Under the pieces are notes generated by a model. It saw only the letters and a program-made list of their open reading frames with translations. It was not told the DNA's origin and searched no databases. A DNA stretch of 64,000 bases. Origin: Gnetum montanum (lineage: Eukaryota; Plantae; Gnetophyta). Position 1 is the stretch's first letter; each line of letters opens with the position of its first letter. Where the stretch lies: assembly GCA_015680685.1 (NCBI GenBank), contig MNCI01002682.1, positions 654,355 through 718,354 of the forward strand, written 5' to 3'. A program made the translations under genes and the position numbers. Of this stretch, positions 1 to 12,776 are shown one piece after another.

Positions 1-237
1 TACACAACTTGGGTTCAGGTTACAAGCTGCTCGAATAAAGAGCCGTTCACTCTAGGACTCCTACTGCGGGCACATGGGGAAAAATTCTAACTCTGGAGTG
101 ATCAATCTGCCAAAGCTTCGCTACACTAGCCAGGATTTTTCAAATGAAGGGAGTGCCGCCTCTTATTTATAGAAATGGCGGTGCGACGCGATATCACGTA
201 CGCGATATTGCGGCCTAGTGTAAACCGCGTCTCATCA
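1..237 (-). mobile_element. 5' end of an Athila-like LTR (same family as the 9855/16147 LTRs), running off the left edge
   Basis: The reverse complement starts TGATGAGACGCGG at 237, then CGCGATAT repeats, TATAAATAAGAGGCGGC and GTGCCCGCAGTAGGAGTC...TCTTTATTCGAGCA, colinear with LTR 9855-10676. No PPT adjoins it at 238+, so it is a 5' or solo LTR. Confidence 0.9.
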
Positions 238-1259
238 CATCTAAACTCACAATTATGCTAATAGTACAAGGTAATAATGGGAAAAGAATGAGAAGAAGGA
301 AAGAAAGGAATAGATAGAGCAATAGAGAGATAATAGATAAATTTAAAGATATGAATAGAGATAGTAAAAAAATATAAGAATAAAAAATGGGATAACACTA
401 ATACAAATGTTATAAGGATGATTCTATGTCATAGAAGTGGGGCATGACTAAATCCTACAGATTAGTATGGTTGAAGTGATGCTATAGATAACTGATAAAA
501 TGATATACTAGAACTTTATTCCTACCCTAATCAATATACACTTAGTTACATCCTTACCATAATAGAGCAAATTCTCACAAGCATACTAAGTAAATGAATA
601 AAGCAGAATAGAAATAGAAAGAGATAGGAATAGAAGAGGAAAATAGATAGAGATAATAGCAAAAATATAATGGAATGTAGCAAACAGATAGAAGAGATGA
701 ATAGAGAATTAAGAAAGGAGAAGAGAAATAAGAAATGTATTGATAAAAATAGATGTGAATAAGGATGAGTTTAGATCATACCTATTACATGATGATAAAT
801 GATGTTATTGCAAATAAGAATACATCCTCAACTAGAATACTCCTAGCTATGCATAAATGAAATGCTCATTATTGATGTAGATGATTGATTTATTGATAAT
901 AACTTAAAAATAAATAGAGTAATGATGATTAGATTTAGGTTTAATTAAAGAATAATTACATATAGGAACTAGAAATATGAAGGAGAGATGAAAACCACAT
1001 AAACTAAAGAGATGATTCCTATGGGATGATGGGCTTATTCATGCTAGAGATGGGATTAGTAGTGTAGGAGGTTTTATAAGATCTTGATTAAATTTTTTAG
1101 ACAACCGTGGAGACATATATCCTATTAAGGGAAAAAATTAAATGAATAATTGACAACAAAAGGATTTAATGATCAAATTAATGTAATGGATAACGTAGTA
1201 GGTTGAAGGATAGTTGGAGGAGAAGGATAATGTGGTGTTAAATCAAATACATACAAGAC

Positions 1260-2254
1260 TAATGAGAGCAATTACTCTAATTATTAGAGTGGTTACTCTA
1301 GTGGTTACTCTAGTGGTTAGTCTAGCAGTTATTCTAATTATTAGAGTGGTTACTCTAGCAGTTACTTTAGCAGTTATTCTAATTATTAGAGAGGTTACTC
1401 TAGTGGTTACTTTAGTAGTTATTCTAATTATTAGAGTAGTTACTCTAATTATTAGAGTAGTTGCTTCCAAGCCTATAAATACAGTGCCCAGGCGCACAAT
1501 TGGGAAAGAAGTCTTTCAGCAGTCAAGTAGCAAAAATCTTGTAGTCTATTTGAAAGTTAGAGGATTTTCCAAGTGCCCGTAGTAGGAGGTCTAGGTGTGC
1601 ACAGATCTTTATTCGAGCATTGTGTACCTGAGCACACCTTGTGTACGGCAATAAAGACGAGCTCTTTGATTCATCCTTGCAACACTTGAGATTTGTTTTC
1701 TTACGCATTTCTTTTATTCTATTTTCTTATGGATTTATTTTATTTTATTTTATTTTATTTTATTTTATGCACTTTACATTTATGTTATTAACACAGTTAT
1801 TCATTTTGATAAATTAAATAAATCATTAAATTACACAAGCACAACCACTTCGAGCATGCATGTAACGCTTGGTAACCCAGTAACGATTAGTGTTTGGTAA
1901 TCCTAGTAGTGTTGCACTAGTTCAAGATGTGTACAGCAAGTGGGAATGGATGCTTGTATTAGGATTAGTTAGAACTTAGTTAATGAGTAGCTAAGTTAAA
2001 TTAGTCACCTAGTTATCTCTCTCTTTCCCTACTAGCACAGGACATAAAAACATAAAAGCTATAAAAATCATCTACCTCAAGCTTACTTAACTATACAATT
2101 GTGACATATAAGTAAGCTTGGGAAGACAATGATCAACCAACCCGTTCTTCTTCCACAAGGGTGCATAAGCACTTAGTCCTTGGAATTCGACCAGATCGTG
2201 TGTGAAACGCTTGTATTCATATGGTTGGGTGTAGGGGTACCTCGCTGCTCATCA
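1260..2254 (+). mobile_element. Solo LTR (Athila-like, 995 bp) with perfect 5-bp TSD AAGAC
   Basis: AAGAC at 1255-1259 and 2255-2259. Termini are TAATGAG (mutated TG) and CTCATCA. TATAAATA at ~1474; the 3' half is homologous to LTR 9855-10676; no PBS or PPT adjacent. Confidence 0.9.
1268..1462. repeat. Tandem array of 12-21 bp units containing the palindrome ACTCTAAT-T-ATTAGAGT, in the 5' part of the solo LTR
   Basis: Repeated GTTACTCTAG(T/C) and GTTATTCTAATTATTAGAGT units; these produce the repetitive ORFs 1214-1582 and 1243-1497. Confidence 0.9.
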
Positions 2255-5200
2255 AAGACCATAGAAAATTGAGAAATAGGACAGTGAAAATGATTTAGCA
2301 ATGGGAGTATTAATGATGATAAATTTATCACAAAAGGGTAATGCGAACAAGCTAGTTACTACATAATCTATGTTATTTTCTAATTAGGATAGATGTTTGT
2401 GACAAAGAGTTTTTTGGGTGTTATTGATGAAACAAAGATAGATGGTTAATATATAAATAGATGTGGGTGAAGTGATGTTGATTTCAAGATCATGGATAGC
2501 AATAGTCTCTTCATCATAGGTAAGGAAAATGGTTTCTTAAAGAGTGGTTGAAGAAACTATAGGACGATCGGGACCATGATAAATGGTTAGGATGATCCTC
2601 ATTTAAGGACTAGAATTAGATGAAGTAGAGATTCCCTTCAAAGTCTGATTCAATGCTTGAAGATTTTTAGTTGATGTAGAAGTGATGCTGAAGAGGGGTT
2701 AATCTATTCCTTAAAGCTAATAGTAGAAGGAGTTTGAAGAAATTATGTAAAATAGAAAGAGAAAAAATAGGTATCTTGTTCTTCTTTGAATGTCATTTTT
2801 ACTTATGTTTGCATTTTCTTTGATGAGATCTTATAGAGACTCCTTTACTTGAATCTTGAGACAAGGGATGCAACCAACTTCTTGCTCCAATAGATAGAAT
2901 GTAGAAAATAAAGGAGAAGGAGATGATCTTGTCGATAAGATGAGCATAGGTAGTAGAAATGGAAGAGAAGATACTATTGATTTAAAAGTTGGAGAATAGG
3001 ATGAGAAATGACTCATGATGATGCATAGATGAAGACCTAGGATAAATGGAGCTTGATTATTATTATATTAATAAGTAAATATAAAATATGCACTCAAATA
3101 AGGCATGTTAATGACAAAGGAATTCTCTTGCTTTGCTTTAGATTTATGCTTTAGGTAAAAAGCTGAGATAATATTGTTGCTAGAATAAAGAGATTCATGA
3201 AGCTGGGATGAAGAGAGTTATTGAAACATTACATCATTGTTGATTTGATCTTCAATAGTTTTAGGATAAGAATTGATGTTCTCCATGAAGAATAGGAGTT
3301 AATGTGGTATATTAGACATGTTGGGTATGGGTTGAACTAATGAGTCAAATCAGATGTTAGGAGTAGTAGATTCAAGGATACTTGGCTAAGGTGATGTAGA
3401 AGGACTAGCTTTAGGATTATGAACTAAGTATTAGGAATTAGAATTAGGATTATTAGGTTGATAGGTTTCATCAAATGGATTAAATGTAAGGATAATGATG
3501 CAGAAATTATAGATGCAACTATTAGTTGTTAGTATGGCCCATTTATTAACTCTTATTCTAAGAAAATGACCCCAACTGAGAGCTCACAAATGGAAATATT
3601 AAACCATAATCATACACTAGTAGATAGGGGAATTAAGGACTTGAAATTTGAATTTAAGCACGAACAAGATAGTACAACTGGACCTTCTAAGGTGCAAAGA
3701 CCATCTAGTCCAACAAAATATATATCCTCAAATGATCAAAATTCAATTACCATCAAGATTACTTGGGACAATAATCAACAAGTAAAATCACTAAGGATGT
3801 TAAGTGAACAACCTAGAGTGTATGATCTAGGGGATCTAGGGTTTATTTTCCAAACACTCGTCCATGAGTTTAGTCATTGAGGAGATGTCTTATCCTGACT
3901 TAGGAATTAATAAGTTCTTTTTAACCTTTTTTTTTTCTAATTTTTTTGGCTTATAATTTTTGTTATACCCTTTTCTTTTCTTAATACTTTTTCACATTTC
4001 TTACTAATTTTCACATTTTTTGATATCTTTTCATTATTTTATACTTTTCCATTTCTTAACCCATTTACTATTCTTTGATATTTCTAAATTCTTTGATAAT
4101 CTTTCATTCTTTTTTTAAACTTTTGTTATATTTTCTAATTTTTCATATGTTGTCTTCATTTCATTTGTACATATTTTTGTCAATTTTCAATAAAACACAT
4201 CAAATAAAGCAAGATTTAGTCCCAATAAGGTGAAGATTTATTTATATTATAAAATCATAATGGAGTGATTATCTATACAGTAAGACCACAACATCCATCC
4301 ATGCATTCCAACAATAAGAGGTTCTTACCATTGCCATAATGACAATCTTCTCATAATAAAACTAAGAATAAACCAATGATCATTATGCCTATATAGACAA
4401 GTGAAGAACCAAGTGGAAATGCAAAGGGTGTGAAATCAAAGGGATTTGTGGATTTTCTTGGATTACTACTATGAGTTCTACCATGTTGCTAAAGATGTAT
4501 TATATCCTTATAGATCTAACGAAAAATGGAAGAGTACAATAAGTGTTGCCTTATCATGTCACTAGAAAGACATGTTACCCATGCCTGAAGGTAGCCCTCT
4601 AGTAAGATTGACACAGTCCAAAATAAAATCCACACACACAATAAATTTATGGGGGTCCCACTAGAAAGGCATGTTATCCATGCCTAAAGGTAGGTGGCTT
4701 CTTAGGAATCTAAAAAATCAAGAGTGTAATGAATAAACTCTTCCCTTGGATAAGATGCCAAGTGGTAATACTCTTTGCAACAGTGGAAGTCTTATGGTGG
4801 CAAACTTAAGAGATGAAACAATGTGATGTCATTGGGAAGTGATCCAGACCTGGTTTAAATCTTGGAAAGAAAGACTAATGATTACTTTAACCATAAAGTA
4901 CACATAAGAATTCATTATGCCTATGGTAAGATACCTCACGTCCCAATTTCAGCAATCCTTTCTACCATCCATCTCACCTCACTGCATATTTAATCATAAC
5001 TTGTGGTTTTGTATAATATAGTGTTCTTTTTCCAATCTAGTGATACTAATATTTGTGTTTTGCTAAACAGGTATGTCTTGCATTTAACTCTTGATGTGCC
5101 TAAGGACACTTTTAAACATGGTTATACAAGGGCACTAAAGGCTAGAGCCTGCTTTGAGGAGGACCCACTTGTATAACTCTTGTATTTCATACTTTGTAAG

Positions 5201-5916
5201 CAATTCCACATCATATTGTGCCTTCCAACATCATCAACCATCCCATAAATACTTCTCTTATTTTCAAAAATGTATCCATGAACCTATAACCCTTCATCCA
5301 TATTCTATGCACTAAATAAACTTTCATAGTCCAAAATTCCTTCTTTATGGTTTTTAAACACCTAATTTTCAATGTTTGAGCTTCATGGCTATTCTAAGAT
5401 CCTATGGAAATGATTCCTATTTTCCAATCATTCTATTTAACTTATTTTTTCCACAAGAAATTAATCACAAATTTGAAATTTTTTAAGGTGATGTTGTATC
5501 AATGATGTCATGTTGATAAAGATACTATATATATGTGCAGGGGGGTTGAGGGTGCTAACATCAAGGAAAATTTTGAGCTAAAATTTTCTAACACTAGAAG
5601 GTAGTATAAGGATACATCAATTGAAATACTAAAGATATTATCATGAATTGATTAAATTTAAGTCAAATAATTCAAAGAATCCTCCTAATAAACCATTCTA
5701 GATAATTCTAAGGCATTATAAGCAAAAAGATAATAAGTGTGGAAGGTCATGAAAATTAAAAATGTACCTCTTTAGGAGTATCATTTTGAAAAATTTTCTA
5801 ACTTTACAATCATCATAAATGAAAAATGTTATCTAACCAAGTGTATGAGAAGGATTATGAACTATTAAGTGTTGATTTAAACACTTTGGTAATCCTAAAC
5901 TCTTGATTGATTGCAA

Positions 5917-8380
5917 ATGGCCCCAAAGAGAATACCAGAAGAGGACCTTCATAACCTAGAAGCAAAAGACCAAGAGGTTGTGGAAGAGGCTGAATTGTAG
6001 AACAGACTCTAGCAGTAGAGTATGTAGAGTAGAAGCCCAATCATTCAGTATACATCAACAAACCCTTGCTACTAAATGCTTTGCACAAGTAGAGGCAAAA
6101 GCACCACAAGCACTTGAACAAGGACAACGCCTCATGCTATCACCAGGATGCCTCTAGGACATCTAGGAGAAATCAATCATATCCACAGTCATTGTGGAGC
6201 TAAATTTTGGTCCTTTCATGGAGTTTTCTCCAGAGGCCATAAGGACACAACTCCAAGCATCTTCTATGTGGCCTACCTTGTCAACTAGTAGTAAATGGTA
6301 TTTAGGGCAAACTCTTCAATTCTAGAAAAATAAATAAACTAATGCCATAATTAAAATAGAAGGAGTTTTAGTATCATAGTCTGTAGAGGCAATTGCTAAA
6401 GCCCTAAATCTGATGAATGAAGGGGCTAATGTCACACAAATCTCCATAAGGTTTGATATAGATGTCAAAATATTGTGGCTACAAAGAGCCTATGGCAAGG
6501 AGGATAAGAAATGTAGTGAGATGACTATCGAAGAAAAGATCTATTTAAAATTGGAACTTATCATTTTTTATTGACCAAGAGGCTCAACAAGATATCAACA
6601 TATGCGGGTAGAAGAAGCACCATTTTGATGGAAAAATTCAATGCTAACATTGTGCATCCCTACTTCCTCAAAATTCAAAGGTGGTTAAAGGAGAAAAAGG
6701 TCAGAAAACCAACATTGCCATTCCCCCACCTAATAAAGAAGCTATGTAAATAGACAAGCATATTGAGTTACACAAATTATGTTTCGAAAAAATCTCAAAA
6801 TGCTTCATACATAGAAATGTCAAAACCAATTCCTCTAAATAAGGATCAACTGGAAAAGTAAGCAACTACTAAGGAAGTTATAGGCTCAACTCTTCCTGAT
6901 ACTATCCAAGCCACTAGCCAACAACAACAAGTAGGACCTAGTAGCCAACCACCAGCTAACCAATAGCAATAACAACAACAACAAGTTCCACCACCACCAC
7001 TACAGGATTATAGACCTTCAATGATAAATCTGCAACAAATTGCAGATACAATAAGCTGGGGAACAAGAGAGGGGGCTAATCTATACAAAGTTAAAAATAA
7101 TGCAGCCAGATCGACAATTTCAATATATCTTGCAAGTTAACAAATTTCATTGTAATCAGGAGGAGGGGATGATTGGTCACAATAGATCTTAGGAAACATT
7201 GCATCATTCCAAGTGATGTTGGAAATAGGTGAAGGAGCCACAGTTGTGGTTATGCAGCATCAAGATGTAGTAGGAGTTGTTGAAGTGATCACAGATCATA
7301 TCAAAGAATCATTCAATGTTTCTACTGTGTCGCCAATTGATATTTCTAGAGCTAGAGACACTCAAATACTTACTGGTACCTCAATGACTCCTACTAAACA
7401 TGAGGATATCCTAGATAGACTGCTACATATAGGACAAGTCATGTAAAATTTCTTTAATATCCCTAGTGATATCATCAAAGTATAGTCTAAATTAATCACC
7501 ACCAAGGGGAAGTTGTTCATGGTTTAGGCCAAGGTAAAGCATGTAGCAAATGAAGTCCAAAAACTACAAGAAGAGATAGCCACCCTAAGAGCAGAAAGAA
7601 GAAATCCAATGTAGTTTGTTGTACTAGACCAACTAGACCAATTTAGAATAGACCATGTGAGATGCCTCATTAACCATAATATGAAGATAAAGAGAGAGAA
7701 AGAGAAGGTAGTATGGGATGTGTTAGTGGCAAAAGCTCAAACGTATGCACATGCCAAAGCACTTACCACTTTGCAATAGGAAAATAAATAACATGTTGTT
7801 AGTAATGCTTAGTTGATCAACATATAAAGGCAAAACAATGTTCTTGAGGAGAGCATCCAACAACTCTGAGAATAGTTAATTCATGTCAACCAAGACATGA
7901 GTTGCTTGGCCTATGATAATAGAACCTTATCAATGGAAGAAGTCCACACAATCAGACAAAAATTTGCAATTGAATCAACACATGGTAAAACAAGACTAAG
8001 AAGCTTAAATGATTCAAGGAGCATTTCAAAGATTAAGTGGGCATGTACAAGAAAATCAATGAGAAAGAAATCTAGATGGCCAAAGCCAAAATCAGCTCCA
8101 TGTTTGATTATCAAGAATTGAGAAAAATAGCCAGGGCTTTTAAGGAAGAATGGTAACAATTTGCAGCATGGTACGTGAAGGCCAATTAGATGTTCTCACA
8201 ACTACCATGCGGAGGGGATGTACCTACTCCATCACATATTACTCAACAAGCATGGTCAATACATGAACCCAGGATAGAAGAGGAGAAGCTTTAGGCATTT
8301 CTAAACAACTATTAATTCAAGAAGCCTGATGATAAGGGGAAGTAGCTGATGGAAGAGCCACCACCATCGAGCACATAGGC
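5917..8380 (+). pseudogene. Disrupted extra 3' ORF of the old Athila-like element (env-like position; Transposase_32/PF20167-like motifs, Q-rich linker, coiled coil)
   Basis: Starts MAPKR at 5917. IKIEGVLVSxSVEAIAKALNL at ~6350-6410, LPFPHLIKKLC in ORF 6571-6753, a Q/P-rich stretch at ~6920-7000 and heptad-like E/K/Q-rich remnants at 7540-8100. Many stops. The family assignment rests on motif recall. Confidence 0.6.
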
Positions 8381-8576
8381 TATATCAAGCTACTTCAATT
8401 TTTTTTGTTTTGTCATATAACTATGTTAATTTGGTAAAAAAAATGCCACTACTGCATTAAGTCATGTAAATAGTCCATTAGTCATGTATAGTTGAATCTA
8501 CCTCCCAATTTTACAAGGGACTTTATCCTTATTTTATTTTAACTCGAGGACAAGTTTCCAGTTAGTCATGGGGGTA

Positions 8577-9421
8577 TGACAAAGTCAAGTTTGATCATGA
8601 AATAACATTGTAGTAATGATGTTGTTGATATGATGTCTTGGGATATGTGTAGCCCTATAAATATGACACTTGGGTGCATAATCCAACAACTTTTCATTCC
8701 ATTCGTAGGTAGACTCTTGCAATTTTTTTACGTAGCTTTAGTGATAGAGTAAATGCCCCCAATGTGGTGTACAATAGTTGTGTAGAATCTTTATTTGAGT
8801 GAAGTGTACTTGGGCATAGTTCATGACTGGAAATAAAGATTGAGATTGCTTTTCATCATTACATCATCTACTTAGTTTTACTATCTTACTTAGCATAGTT
8901 TTTATTGTTTTCTTAATTTAATCATTTACATTTCCAAGTACTTTACTTTACTTGTTCATTAGTAAAGCAGAGTGAGTTCGAATGGTTTTGAGCATTAAGA
9001 TATAATCATTTGTTAACCCAATAGTGGTTTCACTTGATTTTCTCAGTAGAGAACTCACTTGGTAATCCCAGCAATAATTACATGAGCCCAAGATGTGTAT
9101 GGTAAGCTAGGACTAGATTCTCATCACTATAGGCTATATTGTATTTACATTATCGTCATTACTTAGATTTAGAGTTCTATTATCAATTTTCACAATGTTT
9201 ACTACTAGGAGCATTAGTGTCCAAACAACATCAATTATCATATCCCTCACTGAGCTAAGCTATACACTTGTACCTCAATAGCTCAAGGTGTGAAGACAAT
9301 GATCATGAACTTAAACTCAATTCCTAGCATAATAACATTGTCCATCTATGGATTATGATCGGGTCACACATGAACACTCGTGACTTGTATGGTTGACTGT
9401 TGGATGCTCCATCGCTCATCA
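8577..9421 (+). mobile_element. 3' LTR of the older Athila-like element, preceded by a PPT
   Basis: CTCGAGGACAAG...AGTCATGGGGGTA directly precedes TGACAAAG at 8577. It ends CTCATCA at 9421, has TATAAATA at ~8656 and carries the same LTR stem motifs as the other LTRs. Confidence 0.85.
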
Positions 9422-9854
9422 CCCCTATTGGGAAGTTTCACCTAGAAAGGATAGATAAGAAACTTTTTATCTAGGTTTTAGCATCCATTTCAATTGAGAT
9501 CATTAATGGAAGGGACCAAACGCTCATAACATCAAGATGACCAATTGTGACAATGCCAAGTTGCTTGAGAAGCTAAGTTATCTCTGGAAAATGGTTGTCC
9601 AAACTAAAAGTTGATCTAGATCTAGTAGATAATGAAGCAAAAAAAAGATCCATCCTAGCAAATGATCAAGATCCCAAGGATTGAGAAAAAAATAAAAAAT
9701 GAAAACACCAACTATTATGGTGTAGATCATCATAAAACAAGATATATCACTACCTAACACAAGAATGAGCTAGATAATCTTATGGTCACCAAATGAACAA
9801 GGAAAAACTAATTTCTTAATTAACTTCTCTTAAATCAAGAGACGACTTGCATGC

Positions 9855-10676
9855 TGATGGGGCATGATATCGCATGGGCCACGATATCGCATCTTCCCCT
9901 ACAATATCGCATCTTCCCCTGCGATATCGCATACACGATATCGCGGTGCTCCGTCATATCTATAAATAAGAGGTGGCTCTCCCTTGTTTCCCCATCCTAG
10001 GCTAGACAGTAGGGAAACTCTGGCATATTGATCACTCTAGAGATAGAATATTTTCCATGTGCCCACAGTAGGAGTCCCAAAGTGAACGGATCTTTATTTG
10101 AGCAAACATTGTACCTGAACACAAGTTTGGGTACGGAAATAAAGACGAGCTTTCCGGATAAACCTTGCAGCGCATGGAATAGGATTTTATTTACTGTTAT
10201 TTATTAATTATTATTTATTATTTGTATTTACTATTTTCTCTCTCAACCCTTCTCTCCTAGTTAAGTGCCTCAGTACGACCACTTCGAGCACTTGCGTTAC
10301 ACGTGGTGATCCTAGCAACGATTAGCATTTGGTAGCCATGGTTGCATCAGTTCAAGGTGTGTACGGTAAGTGGGAATAGATGCTGACGCTAGGTTAATTT
10401 AGACTTAGTTCATTAGTTAGAATTAGTAATTAGTTTCTCAACCCTTCACCTTGTTAGCACAGGAGACAAAAACATAAAAAGCTATAAAAATCATATACCT
10501 CAGACTTACTTAACCATACATTGTGACAACTACAAGTAAGTTTGGGAAGACAACAAATGATTAACCCTAAGTGTTCCATGGGGCGTGTAGGCACTTAGTC
10601 TATGGAGTTCGACCGGATCGCGCGTGCTACCCTCATATTCATATGGTTGAGTGTAGGGGTATCTTGCCACTCATCA
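9855..10676 (+). repeat. 5' LTR (822 bp)
   Basis: Direct repeat of 16147-16967; 10 differences in the 120 bp from 9961 counted by hand. TATA at 9961. Confidence 0.95.
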
Positions 10677-10677
10677 T

Positions 10678-10695
10678 TGGCACCGTTGCCAGGGA
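10678..10695 (+). promoter_or_regulatory. Primer binding site, tRNA-Asp type
   Basis: TGGCACCGTTGCCAGGGA lies 1 nt after the LTR end and matches the Athila PBS TGGCGCCGTTGCCGGGGA with two G>A changes. Confidence 0.9.
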
Positions 10696-10819
10696 CTAAG
10701 TGTTTGTGTGCTAAATAGAACATAGGATATCACTCACATTGTTGGGAGCCTAAACAAAATTTTGGGTTAATTAAATAGAAAAATTATATAATGGTAAATT
10801 AGCACACCAATAAATAACA

Positions 10820-12776
10820 ATGTCTTCTTCTAACAAGAGCAATTCACCACCTAGGGATAATACAAAGAATTGTCGGCAATAAAAAACACATAACCAAAAT
10901 TTGCCAAGTCCTAAACAATACCGGATAGTCTATACTCATCCCAATGAGTATATTCCTAATTTTACTTTTATCCTCCATCAAGATGAACAACTACGATGGA
11001 GAGATTTGCAAGGTAACATTATGTTACCTCCAGATCTATCAGTCCCTAACATGCTCCTCCGTGCGTTGGCACAGATTGGCATGACTCAACTCTATGCTGA
11101 ATATATTATGGGTGATTTTGACATGAGGGATTTACCATCCCATAGCTTTACAATGTATGAGGGACTCAAGGCAGGAGAGCCAACATACCCTGTTGAAGGG
11201 CAAAGGCCCACACGTCCTTAGCGAAATAAGAGATGGTGAACCCATTATCACGGGTTCCCTAACGAATGATGTTCCCCCTCCTAACGATGGTGAGGAGGTT
11301 GGGTATTAGAACCTACGATCAACGATACATAATACTGGTTCTGATTCCCGTGAACACCAACTACTCACAGAGGGAACAACAACTCATAATAAGGACGGGC
11401 ACTTAGATCGTCACCACGATCAGGGCCATAGCAACTAAAGAGAAGGCAAGAAGCATCACCATGGCAATGGTTTCCCTTCCTCTTCTCCTTCATATCATTA
11501 CTCACCCTCTTCTTCCACATTTGGGTGCAGCCATCACGAACATAACGGTGAGGATAGAGGTAGGAAAGATGAGAGACCTTGACAGGAAAGTCGAGAGAGA
11601 GGACAAGGGCACGAACGAAGGGAAAGTAGGGAACAACGAAGACATCACAGGCGTCATGAAAGAGATGATCATGACGAGCCCCTACTTGCTACCTAAAGTA
11701 TGCTCAACATAATGGAGGCAGTAAGAATCCCAACAAGGCATTTAAAAGATAGTCATATCAAACACTTAGATATGAACAATATCCCATGCTTTGAAGGGGG
11801 ATACAACGCTGATCTGCAACATCATTTATAGGCATTCCACAATGCCTGTGCCTTGCAGAACATAGAAAGCGAGTGGCAAAAACTTAAGTTGTTTCCAAGG
11901 ACACTCATTAAAGAAGCAGAGAGTTGGTACCAATCCTTAGAATCGAAAACCATCAGGAGGTGGAGTACAATGTTAGAACTCTTCAACGATAAATATCAAA
12001 CGTACTCTAGAGTGTCTAATTTGCGTAAGCAGATCCAAGGGTGGAAGCAAGGTTATCATGAACCCTTGGATGCTACCATGGCTCGCTACTACACATTGTT
12101 ACATCGTTGCCCAGGCCATGGATACGCTCAATGGGATCAACTTCACCACATCATGGATGGGCTAAGGCATGAGACTAGAAGAACCCCTAGGACTTATACC
12201 CAAGGGAGACTATCGAAACTCAGAGCCCATGAAGTACATCGCTTGTTAGAACAAGTAGCAAAAGAAGAAGATGAGCTATGAAAAAGAGAGAGTGCAAAAG
12301 AATACAACTACGATCCCTCCCTTCAAAAGAAGGGAGTGAAATTTTGTGATGAGGAGGATGAGTCACCACTCAAAGAGTTGGTGAACCAAAAAATCTTGCT
12401 GATTTAAAAATTAGCAACAGAAGTATTGGCTAAGATGGACCAATTGTGGGATTCCTTAGACTCCAGACTTGAAACTATCTTGAAAATTGTAGAAGAGTCT
12501 AAGGCGGAACAAAGTAGTGACAAAGATAAGACAAAGTGGAGAAATTCAAGCCCTGCACATAACAAAGGTAAGGAGAAAATTACTATCTCCGATGAATTTA
12601 TGGATTCAGACACAGACGATGATGTTGGATGTGAGATCTGCCACTATGACCATCCTAAGGAATGTTGTCCAATTATCTCACATCTACAGGAGTCTGGGGT
12701 GTATGCACTTAACCCAAGACTCAACCAACGGCAAACACCCCAAAGGTTACCTTATCCTCAAGGTAACCCAAGGTAG
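10820..12776 (+). pseudogene. gag: Disrupted gag ORF with a long N-terminal extension, retrotransposon gag domain and CX2CX3HX4C knuckle
   Basis: IPCFEGG...KLKLFPRTLIKEAESWYQSL...IRRWSTMLELFNDKY (11780-12281) and CEICHYDHPKECCP (ORF 12426-12776), with stops and frameshifts. Confidence 0.85.

Larger units (their letters stand above)
238..8576 (+). mobile_element. Highly degenerate internal region of an older Athila-like element, interrupted by solo LTR 1260-2254 and ending at PPT + LTR 8577-9421
   Basis: Shares non-coding blocks with the 9855-16967 element: 5086-5170 vs 15294-15392 (GAGCCTGCTTTGRGGAGGACCCACT) and an internal PPT-like AGTCATTGAGGAG at ~3872 vs AGTCATGGGGGAG at ~14127. It ends in a PPT. 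The 5' boundary is uncertain. Confidence 0.6.

Noticed and set aside
1214-1582. ORFs 1214-1582 and 1243-1497 as repeat proteins, or the array as CRISPR-like
   Set aside because: They are products of a tandem palindromic array inside a solo LTR; there are no unique spacers and no cas genes.
9855-10676. Retrozyme (hammerhead-containing LTR)
   Set aside because: No CTGANGA...GAAA core was found by eye on either strand, and the element is large and encodes gag.
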